A stretch of DNA of 63,023 nt, counting the filler, from Anaerolineae bacterium (GTDB taxonomy: Bacteria; Chloroflexota; Anaerolineae; B4-G1; DUEL01), in assembly GCA_041082215.1 (NCBI GenBank). It is 8 parts of 8 records of this genome, joined end to end, with 100 filler letters (N's around TTAATTAATTAA, not from the genome) between each part and the next. Parts side by side here need not be neighbours in the genome. Positions count along the whole stretch, not along the records: positions 53,668 to 56,309 come from JBDOIF010000130.1; positions 56,410 to 57,826 come from JBDOIF010000165.1; positions 57,927 to 59,798 come from JBDOIF010000045.1; positions 59,899 to 61,491 come from JBDOIF010000048.1; positions 61,592 to 63,023 come from JBDOIF010000063.1; 3 more parts are not named here. One strand, written 5' to 3'. Made by a program: the position numbers and the translations under genes. The number at the start of each line of letters is the position of its first letter. Within the stretch, counting starts at the first letter, position 1. This document shows, piece after piece, positions 55,515 through 63,023 of this stretch. Under the pieces are notes generated by a model, which saw only the letters and a program-made list of their open reading frames with translations, had not been told where the DNA came from and did no database searches.

Positions 55515-56309
55515 TTAATCCTGCGCCACCAGCACTCCCAGCAGCACTGCGTCGTTTCCATCAGACGTGGTCAGCCGGGGGCCGCCGTACCGATACATTC
55601 CCACCATCAGCTGATATTCACCGGGGGGCAACTCCGACGGCAATTTCAGCACCCGCTCATCCACGATGACCTCGCCGGGCAACCACCCGGTCGTGGGCCG
55701 GCTCCACCCCGCCGGCTCCCCGTCCGACTGCGCCACCAGCACCCCCCCCGGCCCCAGCAGGTGCAGAAAAACCCGGTAACTGCTCTCCATCTCCCGCTCC
55801 CCCCGCCAGACCAGGGTCACCGTCAGCGGGGAACCGGCCTGCAGAGTGTCCTCCTCCGGTTCCCAACTCGCCCCCACCAGCGTCACCTCCCCGCCCAGCA
55901 GAGCATCCACCTGCACCCGCAGCGGCGGGACCGCCCAGAAACGGGCCGGGGCCTCAATCCGCATTGTTCCCAAAAGAGATGGTTCCCCCAGCATCCGGCA
56001 TTCATCCCCCTCCCGGCGGCAGAGTTGCAGCCACAGCCCGTGTTCGCCACTCTCCAGGCCGGGCGGAAGCCGCAGTGTGTGGAGACCCAGCCAGCGGTCC
56101 CCTTCCTGCCACTGAAGAGTGGGAAAATCAGCCCGGGTTAGTGGTCGCTCCCACTCCCGGCCCCCGGGACCGTCCACCCACACCTTCATCCGGTAGTCCT
56201 CGCCCGGGGTCTCCAATGCCTCCCAGTAGAGTTCCAGATGCAGCGGGTCGCCAGGGCGGCCCCCCTGCTCCCGCACGCTCCCCCGCAGCAGGCGGATGGG
56301 CCCCCAGGA
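55515..56309 (-). CDS. C-terminal extracellular domains of a GT-C/ArnT-like membrane protein (5' cut)
   Basis: Two copies of L.L.W......Y.VF.HL...D..P...PT..W..GE...D.....P..L..G.Y.L.VG.Y. Confidence 0.65.
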   Translation of the reverse strand, partial: SWGPIRLLRGSVREQGGRPGDPLHLELYWEALETPGEDYRMKVWVDGPGGREWERPLTRADFPTLQWQEGDRWLGLHTLRLPPGLESGEHGLWLQLCRREGDECRMLGEPSLLGTMRIEAPARFWAVPPLRVQVDALLGGEVTLVGASWEPEEDTLQAGSPLTVTLVWRGEREMESSYRVFLHLLGPGGVLVAQSDGEPAGWSRPTTGWLPGEVIVDERVLKLPSELPPGEYQLMVGMYRYGGPRLTTSDGNDAVLLGVLVAQD

Positions 56310-56409
56310 NNNNNNNNNNNNNNNNNNNNNNNNNNNNNNNNNNNNNNNNNNNNTTAATTAATTAANNNNNNNNNNNNNNNNNNNNNNNNNNNNNNNNNNN
56401 NNNNNNNNN

Positions 56410-57398
56410 TTGCGGCCTTCATAGTGAATGAAGCGGGCTTCGGGATCCAGGCGGCTGGCTCGACGGCACTGTTGCCGGCAAGCGGCGGTGTCGCACAGGC
56501 AGCCTTCATGTGCCCCTCGCCGCGCCCTACAGGGGCGTCGCGGCCTCGGGGAAGCCGCCGCTGGATTGGGGACCGCCTCCCCCTGCGGCAGCGGTGCGGC
56601 TTCCGCTCGGCTCTCGGGCAGGGGTTGGTAGCATTCGTCGGTGGCGAGTTGGCAGGCCTGGCGGCTGAGGGCATCGTGGAGCATCCCGTCCTGGGACATG
56701 CTGACCCCCTGGTCAGGGGGATCCCCCGGGTAGGTGCTGTGCTCGGGAAACAGTCCTGCTGTTCGCAGCATCTCGGCCCAAGCCGGCCCCAACTGGGCAA
56801 AGGGCTCGGGGCCGACCGATTGATAGAAGTAGCGCAGCCCCGAAGCGGAAGGGGTGTCCCCCTCGACAAAGCCGCACAGCCGCCGCCAACCCGCGCCATC
56901 CTCCCCCGCTAACAACCTGGCCACCTTACGCCAACTCTGGCCGGTCTCGATCCTGAGTGCGACGGCCAACAACATTGAGACCGGATGGAAGGGGATCTGG
57001 CCCTTGGCGCTGGGTCGGTAGTAGAACTGGGCCAGGGGCCGCTCAAGAGCTGAGAAGTCGATCAGATGGACGGCCAGCTCGAAGTCGGACATGCCGTCGC
57101 GTTTGGTTTGATCGAAGAGGCGACCCGGCTCCGGGGGGCAGTAGAGGGAGCGGTAGTGGGGCTTTGGGGAAGGGGGCAAGTTGGGATCTACGGGGAAGGG
57201 GAAGGGGAGGTAGGGAGATAGGGCGCCGAGGGACCAGGTGAGGGGAAAGAGGGGATTAGCCGCCCGCTTGACGCTGGCGCTCTTGGCGGCTTCCGCCTCG
57301 GGATGCGACGAGGCGAGGAGGGGAGGGCTCGGTGGGCGGGGGGAGCCCAAGGCCTCCTCCAGGGCAACATCGGGCAGGAGGGGAGCAGAGGCCGTCAT
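56410..57398 (-). CDS. DDE transposase with InsH/DUF772-like N-terminal domain (IS5/IS1182-like), 3' cut
   Basis: LIDFS.L, G..PFHPVSML, WRRLCGF..GDTPS.SGLRYF, first Asp in SQDG, DPEARF. Confidence 0.7.
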
Positions 57399-57826
57399 CG
57401 ATGGGTCCTCCCGCCGAGCCGTCGTGATCTGGCCCTCTGGTAGTGGTGGGCCAGGGATCGCTGGTAATGGGCCCGGCTATCCAGCCCGAGGAGACGGCGC
57501 AACGGCAGGGAGTGTGCTGGGTGGGCGAGGTAGAGCAGAGCCTCTTGGTGGAGTTGGTGAGCGCGTTGGCGAGTGAGTCCCAAGGTGCGGCCGATGGCGC
57601 TGTAGCTCTGGGGCTCGCTCTCTCCCAGACCATAGTGGGCGACGATCACCAGCCGGAGACGGGGCTCAAGTTGCTCGACCATGGACCTCAGCCAAGCGCT
57701 CGTCTCGGCCAGACGGAGGGACTCGTCCGGGTCGATCACCTCGGCCGGCGGCGAAGTCGGGGACTGGGGCTTGGCCCAGGCGGCAAACGACAGGCTTTGC
57801 CCGCGCTCGTTCCGGTCCCTGTCCAC
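57395..57826 (-). CDS. Sigma70 region-4-containing protein (sigma-factor-like), 5' cut, overlapping the transposase start
   Basis: L..R.R.VIVAHYGL....PQSYSAIGRTLGLTRQRAHQLHQEAL matches the region-4 HTH pattern. Confidence 0.75.
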   Translation of the reverse strand: MDRDRNERGQSLSFAAWAKPQSPTSPPAEVIDPDESLRLAETSAWLRSMVEQLEPRLRLVIVAHYGLGESEPQSYSAIGRTLGLTRQRAHQLHQEALLYLAHPAHSLPLRRLLGLDSRAHYQRSLAHHYQRARSRRLGGRTHR

Positions 57827-57926
57827 NNNNNNNNNNNNNNNNNNNNNNNNNNNNNNNNNNNNNNNNNNNNTTAATTAATTAANNNNNNNNNNNNNNNNNN
57901 NNNNNNNNNNNNNNNNNNNNNNNNNN

Positions 57927-58961
57927 CGGGTCGCCCGCCCGCACCGCCTCCAGATTGACGGCTACCCAGACCCCCGGCACCGTCACCACCAGGTTGACGA
58001 AGAGCAGGTGGAAGAGCATCCCGAAGCGGATCGGGTCGCTCAGGAGCGCCCGCCAGGCCGGACGGTCCGGCCGTTCCTGCACCAGCCCCCGCATCCCATA
58101 GAGGGCGACGATGGCGGCTCCGGCCAGCAGGACTACCGCGCCCACGTTGATGATTTTGTGGGCCACACCCTCTATGACCATCACGCTCCAGGTGGCGAAG
58201 GCGGTGATGGTGGTCCCGGCGATAATAAGCGGCATCGCCACCCGATAAGCCCGGCCCGCCAGGTTCACCCGCCGGGCGATCAACAGCAGCAGGGCCACAT
58301 CTATCAGGGTCAGCATGATATGCAGGTGGGCGATAATAGCCCGCTGAAAGAGATCGTGCCCGGCCCGCAGGACGTCCTCGGCCAGGAACGCCTGAAAGCC
58401 GTTGCCGAAGTAGGCGCCGACCGAGCCGCCGATGATGACGGAAAGGAGGGTGTAGAGGGCCATCAGCCAGAAGGCCCAGCGCTCCAGCCGCCTGTAGCGC
58501 AAGATTCCGTCTTGCACCGCTGCACCCAGCCAGAGCCCCCACCAGAGAACGACGCCCGCGTAGAAGGTCAAACTCAGGCCGACCAGGAAGACACCGTGGG
58601 CGATCCAGCCGGCCCACAGGTAGGCAAAGCCCAGCCCGCCGACGCTGGCCAGCAGGTAGCCCGCGGTGACGGCGGGCCGGACCCGCTGGGGGACGCGCTC
58701 GTCAAAAGGCAGTGCGTCCAGGATCAGGTAGACCAGCGCGGCGACGAAGGGGACCACCAGGGAGTGATACAGCATCACGATACGGCCCACCCGTCCCGCC
58801 TCGTCCAGGCCCAGGCGGTCCGCCAGGCCCAGCCCGGCCAGCGGCCCGGTGGCGGAAAGCGGACTCAGCAGGACCACCAGCAGGGCTTCCCACGCGGTGA
58901 CGGTCCAGAGCAACGATTCGGTAGTGGAGAGAAAGCAGGTTCGGCGCATAGCGTGCTCCAT
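57927..58961 (-). CDS. Hypothetical polytopic membrane protein with several His residues in or near TM segments (3' cut)
   Basis: About 9 TM helices; MLYHSL, IAHGVF, IIAHLHIML; lies downstream of the oxidase subunit I gene. Confidence 0.65.
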
Positions 58962-59023
58962 TTATTGCGTATTCCGTGTTCCGTGTTTTGCGTTGAGCCG
59001 GGGCCGGACACCCTGCTTTCGAA

Positions 59024-59798
59024 TCACGCTGTCGCGGACGCAGGACGCCGCCGCTCCACCACCAGCCCCAACACGTTCTCCCAGCCCAGCGTGGCGATGA
59101 CGTTGACCAGGAAGGCCAGGAAGCCCAGGGCCATCAGGACGCCGCCCACCCAGGCCACGTTGAGGAACGGCTGGTAGGGATTGGGTTGCGGGTAGAGCAT
59201 CCGCCGCAGCATCCCCTGCGATCCGGCCATCCCCATCACGTAGGTCATCAGCACCGAACCGGCTATCCACAGCCAGAAGTGGGCCAGGGTGAGGATACGG
59301 CTGCGGATTTCCTTCCCGGTCAGCATCGGCACCAGCGCGTAGATGACGGCGAAGAGGAGGGTGCTCAGGCCGGTCAGGAGCATCGTGTGGGCGTGGGTCA
59401 TGATGACCCACTGGGTGTTGTGGAGCACCACGTTGAGGCCGACGTTGGCCTGGGTGAGCCCCGCCGCGCCGCCGATGAGGAAGCCGAAGATGGAGCCCAG
59501 GACGAAAAGAAGCGGCGGGGTGAACTTCACCGGCCGGGCCTTCCAGATGGTCATCAGCGAGGCGAAGATGGTCAACCCCATGGTGAAGAACTCCCCCCAG
59601 GTGATAATCTGGCCCGAAAGGAGCCGCATCCAGAACGGCTGCACCCGGTCGCCCAGCAGGTGGTGGCTCCACACGCCCAGGGAGACCAGAAGGTCCACCA
59701 TAATGACCGTCCGCACCACCGACTCGCCGTAGAGCCGCCGGCCCACCAGCAGCGGGATGAGCAGGTACCAGACCCCGGCGGTGTAGATGAGGACATTC
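59024..59798 (-). CDS. Heme-copper oxidase superfamily subunit I, C-terminal half (5' cut)
   Basis: VWSHHL (metal ligands), LNVVLHNTQW, THAH (heme ligands), GMLRR; frame open to the contig edge. Confidence 0.85.
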
Positions 59799-59898
59799 NN
59801 NNNNNNNNNNNNNNNNNNNNNNNNNNNNNNNNNNNNNNNNNNTTAATTAATTAANNNNNNNNNNNNNNNNNNNNNNNNNNNNNNNNNNNNNNNNNNNN

Positions 59899-60711
59899 CC
59901 ACTCCGCAGTCCTGATGGACCCGGACGAGTCCAGCACCACCGCTATATGTGGAGCCGTGTGCTCCTTGCCGGGGAGCACCACGTTGGGGAGCCGACGGCG
60001 CGCTGGCCTGGCGTAGGTGGCCTCATCGGCATCTGCCCCCAGCCCGTAGAGCCGTCGCACCGCTCCGCGCAGCTCCCGCTCCCACGGAACCTTAGGCGGC
60101 TGTAGCACCACTTCTGCCCATTCACGCCAGTGGCCTGGAGCCGTGCCACAGCGTTGTGCTGCTTCGGCCACGGCGCGGCGAATAGCCTCCTGCTCCAGCA
60201 CCGAAGGCCCATCGGCGCACCCGTCCTCCCAGGGCTGCCAGTGACCGTGAGCCCCGGACCCGTGCTTCTGCGGCGCCTTCGGGCTGCCCCGGCCCTGCCT
60301 CCCAGTCTGCGGCAATTGCTCGAAGTACTCTTCAGCAAGCAGGCCAGGTTGGAGTCCGAACTGCTCAGGTTGAAGGGTGCCATCCGGAAGTTTCATCCCT
60401 TCTCGTAGCAGGTCGTCGTTAATCTCAAGGTCGGCGGCGGCGTTCGTCCGTTCCTGGTCTTTTTCAAACAGCGCCCTCATCCTCCTGGGGTGGTCCCGGA
60501 GGAGGTGGCACACTTCGTGGTAGAGCGCCCCCTCCAGTTCCTCCACGCTCCAGGCCTCGACGACTGCGGGGTCGACGTACAGATGCCAGGCCTGGCTCAC
60601 ACCCATTGTACCCAGGCCCGGCCGTTCGACGACGGGCATCCTCCACACAGCGGCTGCCAGGAAGGGGCGGTCCCGTAGCAGCCTAAGCCTTGCGGCCCTT
60701 AATTTCAACAT
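59899..60711 (-). CDS. DUF2201-like metallopeptidase / VWA protein (3' cut)
   Basis: HEVCH zincin motif, NAAADLEIND, W..EL, VWA MIDAS VVLDSSGS; AAGGAGG RBS. Confidence 0.82.
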
Positions 60712-60724
60712 CTCGCACCTCCTT

Positions 60725-61491
60725 TCACAGCCCTGCCAGGGCTGCGATTTTGGCGAAGGCTCGGATATCCTCCCCTGGCTTGGGGAGCCCAGGCTTCTGG
60801 TTCCGGGCCAGGGTCATCGCTCCGAAGGCGGCCACGTCGGGCTGTCCAGCCCGCGCCACACGGCCCAGGATGCGCCAAGCTGCGACCCAGCGCTCCGGTG
60901 TGGGCCTAGCGACCGCTGCGGCTGCCACCGCGTCCAACGTGGCTGCCAGCCTGTCCTGCCGCTCTGGGAGCTCCGCTTCTGGGTTCCGCAGCAGCTCCTC
61001 CGGGTCCGGCAGCGCCACGTCTTCCAGCCAGGCATGGAACTCGACCGCCACCCCTGAGCCTACTAGTGCCGGCAGGAGCTCCAGCGCCGTCTCTTCGAGG
61101 GACAGGCCATCGGCCATTCCAGCAGCCATCGCCCTCGTCCCCATGTCCCAGGAACGTGGCGAAGGCCAGGCCCGCCCGGCCTGCTCCTCGTCCTGCGGCA
61201 CATCGAGGAGCAGCGTCATCTTCCGCATGTGTCGCAGAAACGACGCCACAGCCGCACGGCACCGTGGCCAGTACTCCCTGCCGTAGTACAGCTCCGGTGG
61301 CTGGCCCCAGTAATCAACGAAGCCCCCGGCCCAAGTGTCCAAGTCCAGCTCCCACTCTACGTGGGCCAGCCTGTTCGCTGTGGGAGGGGCCAGGTAGTGA
61401 CCGTCTGCCGCCTGGTCTACGGGGTTGCCCGCCGCAACCCGCCAGCAGTTTGCGGGTATGCAGTATGACCCTAGCTTCCCCGAATCCAGGA
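60725..61491 (-). CDS. MoxR-like AAA+ ATPase, C-terminal part (5' cut)
   Basis: Frame open from the contig edge: LDSGKLG...VAAGNP...LAPPTANRLAH...WPSPRSW. Confidence 0.8.
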
Positions 61492-61591
61492 NNNNNNNNN
61501 NNNNNNNNNNNNNNNNNNNNNNNNNNNNNNNNNNNTTAATTAATTAANNNNNNNNNNNNNNNNNNNNNNNNNNNNNNNNNNNNNNNNNNNN

Positions 61592-63023
61592 GAAAGCCCC
61601 AGCGCCGTCCCTGCCAGGCCGCCCAGGAGCCCCAGAACCGCCCCCTCCAGCAAGAATAACCGCGCCACCGCATCAGTCCGCCAGCCCAGGGCCTTCAGCA
61701 CTCCAATCTCCCGCCGCCGCTCCAGCACCCCTACCAGCAGCACATCCGCCGTCGCCAGCGCCCCTACTCCCAGCACCACTCCCACCATCCCCCAGTGAAC
61801 CCCGCTGATGTGAACCAGAATGTACTGCCCCAACAGCGTCAGCGCCAGATACCCCCGCATCCCCCAGAGCAGGCTCAGCAGAAAGGCCAGCATCCCCGCC
61901 CCCGCCGCCATCACCCCCACCGCCAGCACCGTCCGCATCCGCCGCCGCAACAGGGAGCGCCCCGCATACCCCAGCCACCGGGGCAATCTTCTCGCCGCTG
62001 CCTGCTCCCCCTGCCGCAAAGCCACCACCGGCGCCACACGTGCGGCCCGCACAGCAGGGAGGGCAAACCCCGCCAGGCAGAGCAGAACGGCGGTGGGCAG
62101 GATCAGCGCCGCCCGCCCCAGGGGGAAGACCAGCCCCAGCGCCTTCGCCAGCCCCAGCGCCAGCACTGTCCCGACCGCTCCCCCCGCCGCACCGATGAGG
62201 AGCCCCTCCGTCAGGACCAGACCGGCCACCGAACTCCCCCGCCAGCCCAGGGCCTTGAGCAGGCCAAATTCGGGGATACGGCCCGCGACGGAGGTGGAGG
62301 TGGTGTTGAAGATGAAGAGGGCGCAGACGGTCAGCATCGCGGCGAAGAGGAGGAGATTGGCCTTCTGGACTTCCCGGTGGGTGGTGAGGGCGACGCCTTT
62401 CTGGACCCAGTACTCCTCCACGTAGCCGATGCCGGGGATGTGGACGAGGACGGGGCGGGGGGAGGAGCCGACGACGATGTCCACGTCCAGGCCGGTGCGG
62501 TTGATGATTTCGGCGGCGACGGCCTCAATTTTGGATTGGGCTTCCGGGGAGAAGCGGTCCACCCCGGCCACCCGCACCCGGATGGCGCTGATACAATCCT
62601 CCCCGGCGATGGCTCGTGCAGCTTCCATTGTGGTTAACATTAACGGTGGAGGTTGGAAGTAGACGATGGTTGAGGTGATCAGCGGGGTGGATGGCCTTAA
62701 TGGCTTGGGCTCGGTGGGGTTGCCACTCTCATCATAGAGCAGGGTGATTTTGGGCGGGAAGTACAGTTCCACAGGTACTACCACCGGGCCCTCGGTAGAG
62801 AGTCCCAGTTTGTCCGATTCAAAAATTCCCACAGGGATATACTTAAAGTAACGGACTTGCCTAAAGCGCATCTCGCAGGGCGTGGTAATCTTTGCTTCCA
62901 ATGTAAGGCGATTCGGCTGTGGGGAACCAGAGGCCAGATGGTGCTCAACACAGGTATCCGGGAGTCTAAGTTTGCTGTCCACTGAGAAGAAAACAAAAAG
63001 TCGCTCCAGCAGTTGATATATTT
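61592..63023 (-). CDS. ABC transporter permease (FtsX/MacB-type with duplicated TM domain), both ends cut
   Basis: R..EFGLLKALGW and RRREIGVLKALGW repeats, EG...G..GG..G. Confidence 0.85.

Overview
GC-rich bacterial DNA, most likely an anaerobic Chloroflexota (Anaerolineae-like) genome bin; the taxonomy is inferred from gene content and repeat style. The window is eight contigs joined by artificial N44-TTAATTAATTAA-N44 linkers (1-4681, 4782-26720, 26821-53567, 53668-56309, 56410-57826, 57927-59798, 59899-61491, 61592-63023), so adjacency across linkers means nothing. Main content: a wtpABC-like tungstate/molybdate transporter; a complete IS110 element; two GAF histidine kinases, a deoxynucleoside kinase, AlaX, an MBL-fold protein, a TPR protein and a Nal1-like serine protease preceded by a stand-alone copy of its own N-terminal domain; hflX with a probable ATC start; a PEP-utilising enzyme and class III aminotransferase; DinG; a selenium cluster with Sec-containing SelD; Sec-containing HdrA and a CCG protein; a two-component system; pstSCAB; four tRNAs; mutS2; a GH5; an M20 peptidase; an Nth-phosphatase fusion; a REP-associated tyrosine transposase with an in-frame REP array; a sigma-factor/transposase pair; a heme-copper oxidase fragment; a MoxR/VWA pair; and an ABC permease. 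The strongest finding is the IS110 left-end non-coding region. It holds one donor-binding loop that matches the element's own circle junction exactly, plus up to three separate target-binding loops that recognise variants of the REP-like hairpin the element sits in. This looks like a naturally multiplexed bridge RNA.
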